From the human T2T-CHM13v2.0 reference genome, Homo sapiens, in assembly GCF_009914755.1 (NCBI RefSeq), contig NC_060927.1: a stretch of DNA of 64,000 bases; one strand, 5' to 3'. Position numbers and translations under genes: made by a program. Each line of letters begins with the position of its first letter. Within the stretch, counting starts at the first letter, position 1. Below are positions 1 through 64,000 of this stretch, one piece after another. The notes below the pieces were generated by a model that was not told the origin of the DNA, did no database searches, and saw only the letters and a list, made by a program, of their open reading frames with translations.

Positions 1-1758
1 GGTAGAGATACTGCAGTGAATAAAATAGATAAAAATCGTTGGCCTTGTGGATGCTACATCCTAAAGGAGGAAACACATATTAAATGTTGTAGGTGTGTGT
101 TGTGTGTGTATTTACTATAATAGTAAGTACAAGAAGAAAAATAAAACAGAAAGCGGTTAGGCAGTTTTACAGTGGAGGGGTCTGCTATTTTAGATCATGC
201 TGAGAGAATTTTCATTGGTGAGATGGTTTTCAAGTAAAGGTCTGAAGGAGGCGAGAGAGAGTGAGTCATATAGGTATCTGGGGGATGAATATTGTAAGTA
301 GAGAGAAGAGTAAAGGCAAAATTCCCAAGGTGGGTGTGTGCCTGATGTTTCTGAAGACTAGTGAGGAAGATAGTCCTCATCTTTCTTGAGCTCACAGTGG
401 CATTTGGCATTCTTGACTCCTGTCTGCCTTTTGAAGTGTTCTTTGTTTCTTTGGAGATCTCTGGTATTCTATAGAGACTAACCTGGTCTGGTTTTGACCT
501 CCTCTATCTCTTTCACTGGTTTCTTCTTTTCATTGTTTTTGCCTTGTAATCTTTTTTTTCCATAGGGATCTTTTGTTGTTTCCTCTTTTTTTCCTGCGCA
601 CATCGTATATTGCCAAACTACATTCTTAAATTGTGCCTCTGTTTATCAGACATCTCAACTTTTGTATCACAAGGGACCAAAAATTTCACATTTGACAACT
701 AAATAGTTCATTGCCCTACCTGCCACTTACCCAGAGCCCTAATTTTCACCTCCCTTTCTATTCTCCATGTCCATTTTTTTTGGCTTACCTAATCAAATTG
801 TTGTCTAATTTAGAGAACTCAGTTATCTGTGACCATATTATTCCTCACCCACCACTTCTAACTGGTCATCTTATCAAACTCTTTATCTTCTGTGCTCCAG
901 TCTTCATCAGCCATATCCCTGCCATAGTAAACATATTTCAAACTTCTGTGTCTTTGTGCATACTATGGCTTGTGTCTAGAATACTCTTAACACTCTTCGA
1001 ATTAAGCTCAAATGTTATCTTCTATGCAAAGAAGGTTTCTCTACATCCCCACTCGTTAATTATGTCTTCCATTGTGTACATATCTCTTGTAAGCCCCCTA
1101 CAGTGATATTAATATAATGATGAGTATGTTCCTAGCTTGTAAGCTCCTTGAAGACCTCAGCTAAATCTTATTAATCAGTATACATAATGCTTTCCTGTAT
1201 TTTGTTGCGTTGGGCCCCAACATAGCAAAGAGAGTAGATAGAGAAATGCATTTGGACTAAGAGTACTGCATTACAACATATTGAACATGAGGGAAAAACA
1301 TTGAAAATTCCAAAGATACATATGCCTTCATCAGTAACATTCATATAGTATACACATAATACCAAAATCTTGGAGAGCAACTCGAATGAACATTTTGTTA
1401 ATGTTTGCCTGAGTCCTGAGTGCTTTCATTCTACTCATTCATTGCTACAATGGTAGACAGTCCTGTTGGCAGACAGATATAGGGCCCGCATAATGAGGGC
1501 CTGTAGGTAGGCTGAACTTGTCCAGGTTGAGGGTGAAGAACAACTGCTTTAGATCAATCTTAAAATTTTAATTCTATAAATACATAATTTATTGCAGGTG
1601 TTTACTTTGAATAGCAGTGTATTTTTCCTGCTACTTTTTTGTTTCTAAATTCAGAAACTTTTTGTTGTTGAAGGTGTTTTAATTACGAATACGCATTTCT
1701 CGTAAGATTATGAGGGAAAAATTAAGCAACTAAAACATTTAAGGGAACTAAAAAATAC

Positions 1759-1971
1759 TCTTTAGTAAACTTATAGGGATTCCGGAATAGCAAAGAAGCA
1801 GACAGTTAAGGGGAAGGAGAAACAAGTTTTTTTTTTTAAAAAATTATTTACTACTTTAAAAAGGTTAAATGTAAAGTCTTTCATTAGTTTCACAAAATGT
1901 ATCTTCCTCATTTGGAAAGCAACCTGTTATGCTTTGAAAAGAATGAGCAAGTAAAAATAATAGGGAGATAA
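1759..1971 (+). repeat. Dispersed duplication A, copy 1 (probable donor)
   Basis: About 95% identical to 6881..7091 (tctttagtaaacttataggg ... gggagataa). Confidence 0.95.
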
Positions 1972-3929
1972 ATACATTTTTGACAAAAATTACTGTTTTG
2001 AGATTTTAATGATGTTAAAAGTGGTAATCTTGTTCATTTTCTTCTTTTAAATCATTGCCCAGATTATATAAGACTCTTTTGCAAATTTTTAAAGCATTTT
2101 AAGGATATTTATGATATTTTAATGAGCAGCCTGTAGTTCGCTTTCTTCAAGTGGCGACATAGGATGAGCAGCCACTTCATACTACTTATAGAAAAGAATT
2201 AATTACTGTTCTTTTCATGTTCCAGTGTTCTTTTTGACCTGGGGAGAAATATTGTGGCTAAAAGTTACAATAAACCAAATTGTTAACAAAAAATGTATAT
2301 CTTTCATATAAATGACCATTTTCAAAATGTCAATTAGCATATCTTCTACTGCCAAACTGAGAGGTTGTTTATGCTGTTTATATGAGGAGAGGGCACAGGT
2401 GACTTATAGTGCCAGCTCTCAGAATGAGCAGAAGGTTGGACGGGTGAGGTGGAGACAACTGGAATCAAATTGTAGTTGAAACTAGTGAAAGGTGAGATGT
2501 GCAGTGTCTCTAGAAGGCTGGTGACATTCTAAATGTAGAGGCTCACAAGATGTATTAAATCCTAACACATCAAACAATGCCATGTGCTTACTCAGAAATC
2601 CCCTTTGACACCTGTGGGAACAAATTTAAAAGTATTGTTTGCTTGCAATCAGTTTGCTGAGTTAATAAGTTCTAAACATTTTCTCAACCTTTCATATGCT
2701 AAATCTTTTTTAAAGGTTAGTGAAATACTCCTTTATACTAATTTGAACTTAGATCAAAACATGGAATGAGGTGAAAAAATGACATTATAATTATGATGTT
2801 CTTGCCTTCTGGAAGATCAGATTCTTATAAAACATTGTCATGTGAACCTAAAGTGCCCTAAGGTGGTTTTGCCTTGGTGTCCTGATTGTTTTCTGACTCA
2901 CACTTGAGCTTTCCTTTTATAAGGGCTAGTGAGCATAATAGGTGACAGAGACTGTAGGATGGGCATTCTTTTTACAATTACGTAAGTGAGCATGTTTGGA
3001 AGGCAGGGTGAGTTGGCTCATGGGCCTAAAGCTTTTTAGAATCTGGAAATAGCATGAAGTGGAATGCCAACATACTCTGATATAGCAGCTCAGTTTTTCC
3101 TCATACAGAGTATGCATTAATGTGAGTTTGCTTTACCAGTAACTTAACTATGAGCAGGCAAAATGGACTTCTGCAACTGTTTGTCTTCAAGTATGCCCAA
3201 TGCTATCCATGGTTTGAATTAACATTATGTATCAGGACTTCCTGTTTTACCAGGAAGGGGTCACAAGTGGGCTCTTTCTCTGAACTGAAGTACCATGTTA
3301 CTGTCTTTTCCTCATCTTCTTGAATAATGTTTCATATTGTGCCAGCTTTATGGGTTAACACAATGCTGAAATGATGAGGTCTGTTGAGGTGTTATCTCAA
3401 GTACCAAGAACTTGAAATACTCTCCCTTATCTCTGTAATAATAAAGGCTAAATTTAAATACTCATAAGGTTTACTGTGGTCTCTTTACGTCTCTCTCCAT
3501 ATTTACCTCTCACTCTTGTCATTTTCGTACCCTAACCTCCAGTCATATTAAACTCCCTTAGGAGCTGACACCTCACTAAAAACACACACACATGCATGAG
3601 CATCACATAGTCACTTTTTCTGTCCTCTTTAAAGAGTGTACTTCCTCTAGGAAGCATCCCCCAAGTTACCTTCTGTGCTCTCACTTCTACCAAGTCTGGA
3701 CTAGTTGCTCGTGCTCTGGGCTCCCATGTGTGCAGTACTTCTCCCCTCATGACATTTACCGTATAGCTTTTTAAAGGTCATGCTTACTGTGCTCTTCAGT
3801 AGATTGTGAACTGCCCAAAGGAACAGAAGCCATTAGTCTTATTCACAAATGTATCCCTGGTGTCTACACAGAATCTGTTTTATAATAGCTTATCAGTCTG
3901 TTTCATTATTTAAATAATGATGCTTATGA

Positions 3930-52015
<48,086 letters not shown>

Positions 52016-53081
52016 TAAGTATGCTTACTTAGTGGTTTCTGCTGTTATTTAATAACTAATACTTTTAAATTTACAGAGATATATTTTTTGCATGCACAGT
52101 GAATCCTTAAAATTTATCTTCAACAGGCATTTTACCTGCTAACTGGTCTATATTAATTTTGCTTAATTTGTATTTTGAGCTGTGATGGAATACAGAAAAA
52201 CAGAATGCTGATTAACCAACTTAGGGAACATTTTGATTTTTGTCTCTCACTGTGATCTCAGATTATTTCCTAAATATTTTGAATGTTTATATTGTATATT
52301 TACCGTCTCACATAGTAGAATGCTATAAAAATACCTGGTGTTTTTATTCAAGTAAGACATATTAATCCTAATTTTTTTAACCTTTTAACAAAGTATTTAT
52401 CATCCCCATTTCACAGATGCAGAAACCAGGTTCAGAGTTAAGGTTTTCCAAGATCACATACCAAATTTCAGACCCATGATTCCTTTGGTCTTTTTTTTTC
52501 TCATCTCTGAATCTGATATTCTTCCAATGGCAACAATATACTGTATATTTTTCACGTGTATATGAAACTACATGTGATTCCCATGGCTAAAATATATTCT
52601 ACAATTTTTTTATTGTGCTAAAATATATGTAACATAAAATTTACCATTTTAACTATCTTTAACTGTACAGTTCATTGGCATCTCTATGTATCAAACATCT
52701 ACCTAATAACCTATCAAAGTCTCTCTTTTCTTTTAAAATATCTTAGGTTTGTCAGTTTTCCTCCTTTCTCCCTTGAATCATTAGAGACCTGGGCCTTCTA
52801 TTTTTCACTTGAAAAACTTCAGTCTCTTAATTACCCCCTGCTTCAGTGTCATCTTATTTCTAGTGTTTACCCCAAACAAATCACAGTACAATTATGTGTC
52901 CCAAAATCCAGTTTAATATTTTTACTAATGCTTTAATTCCCAGCCGTTTTCTAGTACCAGTCCGATCAAGTTCAAGCTCTTTCTTTTCTTGACCTTACCA
53001 TCAACTAGCCTCCTTTCCCTATCCATTTCCCATCCTATTCTCCTCTCTTCTAACATTTGCTTTCCTCCGTACCCACTATAC

Positions 53082-53422
53082 CAGGGGTCAGCAAACTTTA
53101 ACTATAAAGAATCAGATAGTGAATATTTTTGACTTTGTGGGTTCCACAGGCTCTGTCCCAGCTACTGTCAACACTGCTATTAGACGTAGCACAAAAGCAG
53201 CCATACACAATACACAAACCAATAGGCACAGCTGCGTTCCAATGAAACATTATTTATGGACATTGAAATTTTAATTGTATGTAACATTTACATGTCATGA
53301 AATAGTCTTCTTTTAAATTTTTAAGCCCTCTGAAAATGTGAAAACCAGTCTTAGCTTATAGGCTGTTTGAAAACAAGCAGTGGGGCAGATTTGGCCCACA
53401 TGCTGTAGTTTGCTGACACCTG
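53082..53422. mobile_element. MER58(B) hAT element
   Basis: TIRs caggggtcagcaaact / agtttgctgacacctg; ~340 bp; internal gcacaaaagcagccata. Confidence 0.85.
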
Positions 53423-53430
53423 TTTCATAC

Positions 53431-53754
53431 CAAAGGTTGGAGGTCTCTGGTAAATCTAGCCAGCAGGTGTCATTTGTTTGGGCTATACACTAAGTTAAAA
53501 AAATTGTATTAATACTTACGTTTAGGATATTTTTCAGAAGAAGCTGTTTTCCACCTTCTCTTTAAAAATCAGAAGATTTTACGACTTGGAGAAAGCTTTT
53601 GTCTTTGTCAGTAATTAGCTGGTAGTGAGTAGATTGCATATGTGCTTTCCAGCATACCATAATCACCACCATTCCCAATTTTTTTCCACCTGGTACACTA
53701 CTCATCTGCATTACCTGTGTGGTCTCCTGCAGGTATATAAGCTTGTGACCCCTG
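53431..53754. mobile_element. MER102-like hAT relic adjacent to MER58
   Basis: Terminus cttgtgacccctg preceded by cattacctgtgtggtctcctgcagg. Confidence 0.5.
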
Positions 53755-54249
53755 CTTAATAATAATTCAGATATATTCTTTAAGGTTCAGTCCACTCTAT
53801 TATTTCTGTTCACCTTCTTGATTAACCCTAAATCAAGCAGTCCTTTCCTTCTCCTATTTCCTATAGCTGTTCTGCCTTGAGCCTCCTTGTATTTGTTTTT
53901 GTTTATATACTTACCTCTGAAAAGGAAATGAGAGTTTTACATTAAAACACATAAAGTAGGGCAGTATAAGTTAAATAGAGATCTGCAACTCTAATAAGAA
54001 ATACACACACACACAGCAAGGACCTGAAATAATTTTGTTACTATTATTTGGCTCTAAGTTCCTTCTCCACTAAGATAAAAGAAAATATTTTACAAGATTT
54101 AGGATCATTGTTAATGAGAAGCATTGAAGTTTTTCTGGAGGAAAATGTATTTTTCTTGACACTGAATTCTAGGACAAACTAGTCACACATGTCTCTTCAT
54201 GTAGGAAACATACAACAGCAGGATAAAAGAATACAAGAACTATGGCCAT

Positions 54250-55900
<1,651 letters not shown>

Positions 55901-58350
55901 AGTACCATGGTTGTTATTCTTATAGCTGCTTAAGTATAAAAATAACCTGACCACTTTATTATTCTACTAGGTAAGTCACATGACAGTTTGTCTGCTACTA
56001 AGGTTAACTATGTTACTTTAAGGCATGGGCCACCACAGATACTAAATTCAAACCTGTTTTTGGGAACCAGGGCCTTTCTGTCTGGTGTGTGCAGAATGAT
56101 CTGGGTCACCTCTGAGGCCCATATTTATAGAGTAAGTAGGTTTTCCTTTTTACCACATTTATTTAGAATTTCAAATGTGAGATAAATGGGATCACAACTC
56201 CAGGACATCAATTCTGGGCCCCTAATCAATAGGATCTGTGCAGAGGAGGTAGTGAGGATCTGGGATACTTTCAAGATATCTAATTATGACAATTCCTTGG
56301 GGATATGTTTGGTCAAAGCTTCAGTTTTACACAGAGCTGATTAGAAACTCTACATAATAGTTGCAGTAACTCAAACCTTTCTGTCAGAGCTGACTCCAAG
56401 GATAATAGCCATACTCAGGATCTTTGATCTCAACCTAAGCAATGTAGTCCTATTTCACAAGGCATTCCTGGATAGAGTATTCTTGGTATCAGACTAATTA
56501 TAGAGTCTTGGCTGAGAACAAGAATATAAATAGTGTTCTTGGTCTCTCTCAGTGGCTCTGTAGACACCAACATGGAAAGAATAAGTGGCTACTAATACTT
56601 CTTGTCTGTTGGAGGAAAAATGGTTTAAAAAAAATAATGTGATCTGGCAAGTCTCTGCAGTCTTTGATAATGCTGGAAAAGACATTGGAAGGTAGTCCAT
56701 GTTTACTGGAAAGCAATTTTTTAAACAATTTTTAGTGGCCAAATCAGCAGAAAGATACTTACTTGGTGTTAACTCTAAAAGCAAAAGATAGAGGTCTAAA
56801 TTTGAAAGTACTATCCTGAAAGGGTTTTGTACAACTCTTAATTCAGTGAACTAAACCAACAAAATTTCTAGGGAGGGCATTTTAGAAGCAGGGTCAAAAT
56901 TAGTGTTACTATTTTTCTTTGAAGGGTTATAATTCCTTTAGATTCATGAAGTGTAAAATGAAAAATTTGGGATGAAAATAAACAGAGATGTTTTCATGTA
57001 AGTTGTCATGTGGAGTGGCATGTCCCTAGTTTTGGTCCTGTTTTTGGTCCTAGTTTTTATCCAGGCAGCATAAGTGAAGGTGCCTATTGGGAAGTACTTG
57101 AAATCTATAGACTTTTCACTTCAAGAATTGGTTAAAGAATATATTCAGTTTATGTAAGGGTAGCATGTTAGTTATCTTAATGCCATTCATAATATACTGA
57201 AAATATTTAAAACATCTTTTGCGAAGATGTGTTATAGCAGCAGGTTTGTGGGAGGAACATGAGGGAGTTTGGATATCCTACAAAGATCTGCAAAGTGACC
57301 ATGAAGACACCTCAACAGGGGTCCCAAAGCCTTAAGTTGATCAGACCTAGGGAGATTGCTATGTAAACCAGAAGGTCAATTTAGTGTTTTGTAATAAGTG
57401 GATTCTAGTGACTGGAATGCTCGAAAATTCTGTCCTGGGCACTTTTTCCCCCTCTCTGGAAGAACAAGGGAAACTGAATTAGTCATCAGGAGGTTATTTG
57501 TTGAGCATAAGATTTGGGTAAAATAAGGTAGATACCTTGAGATTAGCCTGTAGGCTAATGTTCCTCCTAAAAGAGAGTCCTTTTACTCTCTAGGTCCCAG
57601 TTGCTCACACCCTCCAGATTCTGTCTCATTTCCCTGGACAGTGCTAGATACACTACCTATTCTGCTTCTCTGATTCATTCTGATTCTTTCTGTGATTCTC
57701 CCCACTATCTTCGTAGTTAGGAATTGATATGCCTTTTTTCGTAGATTTCCTAATACTGCTGCCTATGCCACAATCCAGTGTAATTCTGGATTCATTCCAG
57801 GAAATGTTTCTGTGTAATTAAGTTGACATTATGTAAGTATGAGGTAATCCTTTGCTTTTGCTTTTGTTAGTTAAAACTGCAGAATTCTAGGGATGTTGCC
57901 TGCAGTTGGTATTCCCAGACATGCTATGGCTTGGTGCTTAAGTGTCACAATGGTATAATATTGAGAAGTCTTAAGATTTCATCTTCATAGAAGATAAGTA
58001 TATTTTGAAAATGACAGTGTGCTCCAGGCTAACTTCTGTTGGTACAGGTGAAGGTTACATTCTAGAGGGGCATTGACACATAGTTTGCAGTGTTGCAGTC
58101 ATTTTATAGTGAATGGAGCTAGGAGTGTAGTTCATAGTTCTGCTTCTAACGAATATGACCTTAAGCAAATCTCTTAATTTATCTGTATCTCAGTTAATTC
58201 TTCTGTAAAGAAACTGTTAGAACAGGTATTTTCAAATCATGGACAGCCTCCAGTTCTGTTGCAAATAAGTATCCTGGTCATATTTCTAATTGGATATGAA
58301 AAAGAATTTATCTGGCTTTAGGATTCACAAGGTCAGAAGGAATAATATCA

Positions 58351-58780
58351 TGTATTAGCTTTCACAACAGTCTCCAGAATCATAGTGGTTTAAAACAAAT
58401 GTTCGTTTCATTTTCATATTTTATCTCAAAATGGCAAGACAGTTGCATGGCCTCCACTTTAGGCTTGTTAGTTGGCTTTAGATACACTTTTGATATATGC
58501 TTTGCATTGGGACCAGGCTAATGGGAGCATCTCCAATTGGGGACATGACTATTTTCATGACAGGGGAAAGAGGGAGCAAGGTCACAATCACAGAGTCACA
58601 TTTGAAGCTTCTGCTCAGATTCATTTTGCCTATGCACACATCATTGTGTCCACTCACATTCTGTTTCCAAAAGCAAGTCATAAGACCAAGCCTGACATAA
58701 ATTAGGCAGGGGAATAGACTCTCACTTGGGCAGGGATGAAGTTGACAAAGTATATTCAAACAATAATACAATCTATCAGA
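58351..58780. mobile_element. MaLR solo LTR (MLT1-type)
   Basis: gtggtttaaaacaa, gaagcttctgctcaga, ccactcacattc..aaagcaagtcataa..ccaagcctgaca, ending aatacaatctatca. Confidence 0.7.
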
Positions 58781-59610
58781 GATGTATAAACTCATAGAGG
58801 TGTTCTCTGTTACTAGATTTTGGAGAAAATGAAAGGAGGTGAAATTTTAATAATTTATCTCTGCCACTGTAGCAGAGCTAACTTCCTTTTAAAAACTTGA
58901 GATTAATTTTTAGTGACAGTCTGGAGGTGGTTTGGTGGCTCTCAAATGAAGTATATGGTAGACAAGTACAAAAGTCTGCCTCAGAATATGGTCCCCAGTT
59001 CTCTTTCAAAATTCATTTAGAATTCTAAAATCATCAGGTAATTTAATATAGGGAAATTTAATTTAATCATACTAAGACAGCTCTATGTAAGCATCTGGGA
59101 AAAATAATAACAAATTAGGTGGCCTAGAATTAGGAAAGTGAACTAAAACCCAGGGTTTTCATCAGGCTCTTCTCAGAGATATATATCTGGAAAAATTACA
59201 TGACTAATAATAGGCCTAAATATCTATCTCAAAACATGGTGAATGGGTTTCTATTGTCTTCTCTTTAAGTTTTTCAGTAGCCTTGGTTTGGTAATGGCTT
59301 GATTGCTTAACAGTGATTACAAGAAGACCTTTTAAGATGAAAAAGATTGAATATCATGCCTAAGGAAGTTTAAGTGTTTTGTGGGGGCTGAAACCAAAGC
59401 CTTCTATATTTAGGAGTAATCATACTGGGTGGAAAAGGGCAATAAAATGATTAAAAAAAAAAAAAAAAAGGCTTAGGATGATGCTTGGGGCGTTGGTGTA
59501 GAGTTCCATGAATGAAAAACACATCTGATTAGTAATTTTGTAGAAGAAAGTTTAAAGGTACTCCATTTTGCTTTGATCAAAGAAAAATATTTAAGGTGGC
59601 TGAATTCTTT

Positions 59611-59952
<342 letters not shown>

Positions 59953-60279
59953 TAGATGGCATAACAAACTCATCAAATCTAAGTGTTATCTTACTCTTGG
60001 TCTCTCAAGTGTAGATGTTTCTCAGATACCTATTCTTGGCCTTTCCTCTCCTGTACTTAGAAATTTTCATTATCATAACATCAGCTCTTACCTCCATCAG
60101 TGTAGAAGATTTGCAGATATCTAGAGTAAGCAGTACTCAGTTATTCCCTGAGCTTCATTCCCAGATTCCACATGGGTCTTCAGCATGTTTTGCCAGCATC
60201 CCATTTTCCTTCATAGACTTGTTCTTCTTTTCTGCTCTGTTTCTGTTGAAAGCAATCATCATTACCCCCCTCCCCCCAC

Positions 60280-60570
<291 letters not shown>

Positions 60571-61914
60571 TGATATGTCTTAAGCTTTTCCTCTTATCTC
60601 CTTTCCATTGTCATGACTAAGTTTAGAGCCTCATTCTGTCTTTCTAAAACTGTTGTGATGGGTACATAAGTAATTTTCTTCCTTTGGCCTCTTTCTTTTT
60701 CAGTTCTTTTTATTTGCAGCATTGAGCATGTAGCCTTCCCATAAAGCCCAGACCATGACATTAGGTCCTACTTTTCCAATATTATTGCTCAATCATTTTC
60801 ATGTATCCTGTTTACAAGCTTTCCCTCCCCCCTCCCAATACCTTCCTTAAACTTTCTCTATTTTGTGTTTTTATGTGGAAACATAGAATGAAGTTTTTCT
60901 TTCCCCTCTCTAAATTCTTTGAGATCTAATTTAAAGGACCTCAATTCTAGGAAGCCTTCAGTGATCCTCATTTCTTAAAGTGACTTTTGTCTGCCTTAAT
61001 ATTCTTTCTCTGCATCTTAAGATGCTTTTCACTTTCTCCTTTTCATCACAGTTACTGAAACTGCAAAGCCATTGAGGGGATGATTTATATTTATTGTAGC
61101 TTTGAATTCTGTCACTCTTATGTCCCCTCTACTTAGCACAATGCTATAAAAATATCAAGAGTCCATTATGTAATAAGCTGACTAAATAAACTCATTCATT
61201 CATGCCTTAAAAATATATAGGCAGTAGTTGTATAAAGTTCATTCTTCTACTTCAGAGCTCATTCCATAAGAGGGGTTGTACTTTGGACTTACTATAGGTT
61301 TGTGTCTTATCCATTTACAATATTATAATAATAGCTTTAGAAGTTGGGGGATGGTGGGGAACCTAAGTTGAAAAAATGGTAATTTCCAGCTGCTAGCTAT
61401 TGATGAAATGCTTTAAAGTCAGACTGGGTATTAAAAGAATAATAGCATATATAGACAGGAGCAAGATACATGAGAACCTGTTGATTGATCTAAGGTGGAG
61501 TTAACTGCGACTTTTCAGACTATTGCATAAAACATTTAAGCGCTGGACCAGGAGTGTGTAGGGTAACCTATTTTATTGCATTTCCATGGGAGCAGTAGTT
61601 AGCTGGTTGCTTCTCTAATTTCCCCACTGGGGCCTTGGAATGGAAGTTTGGCTGCCTTTGAAGTAATAATCCAGCCCTGGCAGCTCCAAGGAGGCAAAAC
61701 CAAAGAAACATTATAACAAGAGGCTGTAGAAAAACTTCAGTTAAAATTAAGACTGTGATAACATAAATGATCTTAGGAAGTAGAATAAGAGTTGGCAAGA
61801 CAATGATTCATTCTGTAGAAGGATACTGAATAAGAGGCACAGCTACAAATAGAGGGAGACTATAAATCCAGCCTCAGAATGAAAGGAAGGAATGAGTTTA
61901 TAAAGTGTAGAAGA

Positions 61915-63087
61915 CAAAAATTAATTCAAGATGGATTAAAGACTTAAATGTTAGACCTAAAACCATAAAAACCCTAGAAGAAAACCTAAGCAATACCATT
62001 CAGGACATAGGCATGGGCAAGGACTTCATGACTAAAACACCAAAAGCAATGGCAACAAAAGCCAAAATTGACAAATGGGATCTAATTAAACTAAAGAGCT
62101 TCTGCACAGCAAAAGAAACTACCATCAGAGTGAGCAGGCAACCTACAGAATGGGAGAAAATTTTTGCAATCTACCTATCTGACAAAGGGCTAATATCCAG
62201 AATCTACAAAGAACTCAAACAAATTACAGGAAAAAATCAAACAACCCCATCAAAAAGTGGGCAAAGGATATGAACAGACACTTCTCAAAAGAAGACATTT
62301 ATGCAGCCAATAGACAAATGAAAAAATGCTCATCATCACTGGCCATCAGAGAAATGCAAATCAAAACCACAGTGAGATACCATCTCACACCAGTTAGAAT
62401 GACGATCATTAAAAAGTCAGGAAACAACAGCTGCTGGAGAGGATGTGGAGAAATAGGAACACTTTTACACTGTTGGTGGGACTGTAAACTAGTTCAGCCA
62501 TTGTGGAAGACAGTGTGGCGATTCCTCAAGGATCTAGAACTAGAAATACCATTTGACCCAGCAATCCCATTACTGGGTATATACCCAAAGGATTATAAAT
62601 CATGCTGCTATAAAGACACATGCACACATATGTTTATTGTGGCACTATTCACAATAGCAAAGACTTGGAACCAACCCGAATGTCCATCAATGATAGACGG
62701 GATTAAGAAAATGTGGCACATATATACCATGGAATACTATGCAGCCATAAAAAAGGATGAGTTCATGTCCTTTGTAGGGACATGGATGAAGCTGGAAACC
62801 ATCATTCTAAGCAAACTGTCACAAGGACAGAGAACCAAACACCACATGTTCTCACTCATAGGTGGGAATTGAACAATGAGAACACTTGGACACAGGGCAG
62901 GGAACATCACACACCAGGACCTGTCATGGGGTTGGGGGAGTCAGGAGGGATAGCATTAGGAGGAATACCTAATGTAAATGACAAGTTAATGGGTGCAGCA
63001 CACCACCATGACACATGTATACATATGTAACAAACCTGCATGTTGTGCACATGTACCTTAGAACTTAAAGTATAATAATAATAAAAA
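61915..63087 (+). mobile_element. 5'-truncated L1PA5/6-like element (~1.17 kb)
   Basis: ORF2 C-terminus (ORFs 62013..62273 and 62270..62872, frameshifted), 3'UTR and A tail; 13-bp TSD aaagtgtagaaga at 61902..61914 and 63088..63100. Confidence 0.95.
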
Positions 63088-63169
63088 AAAGTGTAGAAGA
63101 ATTTGGTTACTATTAAACTTTTTAGCTGAACCTATATATATAGTTAATGGTATTAACTATTATGCACAT

Positions 63170-64000
63170 TTTGAAAATGCAGGCCAACAAAAACTTACAG
63201 TAAACATCACACTTCCCAGTGAGATATCTGAAACAGCGCTCTTTAAATTCAGGCAGCAGGCAAAGGTCTCCCTATTACCACTACTATTCGGTATTCTGAA
63301 GTTCTATCTAATAAAAGAAAATCTAAAAAATAAAATAAGATTAAAACAAAAAAGGAGAAAACAAAACTGGCAAGAGCATCTATGGTGTAAATGATAAATT
63401 ATTAGGGCTAAAGCACATTTTTAAAAGTTGCAGAGTATAAGATAAATAGCAATTAAACCATAGAAATTAAGGGTACTTATAAATAAATCTAACACAAGGG
63501 AATAAGTTTTTTTCCTAGGAATTTTATAAAAACTCTTGAAGGAAGTAAACATTGAGAGATACAATCTTTTATAGGTAAAAGGACTCAATATTGTAAAGAT
63601 ATGGTCTTCCCCAAATTAATATTGTTTCAGGCAAAACACAGTGTTCTCTCCTTTTAGGGGGTAGAGGTGGGGAGTAAAACATGGCAAGCTTATCCTATGA
63701 TTAATTTGGAAAAGCTATTGGGTCAAAAATCGCCAAGATAATTTTTAAGAACAAAATGTAGGGTCACTTATCCTACCAAGTATATATTGCTTTATACAGC
63801 AGTAATAATTAGTGGGAATCAGTACAAGGAGAGACAAATGGGACAGAAGAATAGGGTAGCATGGAAACTGACCTATATAGTAATGGAATTTGGAAGATAA
63901 CAGCATTCCAATGGAGCTATGATGAACTGTTAAATAAATGGTGTTGAGACAATTGACCCATTCCATGGAAAAAGATAGTTAGAATCCTACTTTACTCCAA
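63170..64000 (+). mobile_element. Ancient L1 (L1M) ORF2 fragments
   Basis: ggactcaatattgtaaagatatgg..ttccccaaattaat; taaataaatggtgttgagacaattga. Confidence 0.65.

Noticed and set aside
711-1106. 131-aa hydrophobic ORF (similarly 5619..5978)
   Set aside because: T-rich decayed L2/L1 sequence gives F/L/I-rich open frames by composition; no family motif.
59453-59469. Isolated A17 run as a retrocopy tail
   Set aside because: No upstream recognisable element or TSD; treated as a simple homopolymer.

Overview
Human (primate) genomic DNA lying entirely inside the gene CRYBG3 (very large A-kinase anchoring protein / beta-gamma crystallin domain protein 3), on the + strand. Fourteen GT-AG coding exons (3951..52014) chain into one open frame of 7898 nt (2632 codons + 2 nt). 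They comprise a 431-nt exon, a giant 6196-nt exon, nine single-Greek-key exons and three 33-45-nt linker micro-exons; the start and end of the gene are outside the window. The giant exon encodes two AKAP-type helices, a 24-aa repeat array and phosphatase-docking motifs. The introns hold a full-length antisense L1PA2/3 (ORF1 open, ORF2 broken, ORF0 extended), a 5'-truncated sense L1PA5/6, a full-length HSMAR2 mariner, ten Alus, MER/MIR/L2/MLT relics, and two ~200-bp dispersed templated duplications. The best candidate for something undescribed is the L1 antisense promoter. It points along CRYBG3, and its extended ORF0 reaches a phase-0 splice donor in frame with the next CRYBG3 exon, predicting an ORF0-CRYBG3 C-terminal fusion. 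This is an inference from sequence only. No prokaryotic-type systems, CRISPR arrays or RNA genes were found. Repeat subfamily calls are by eye from remembered consensus features.
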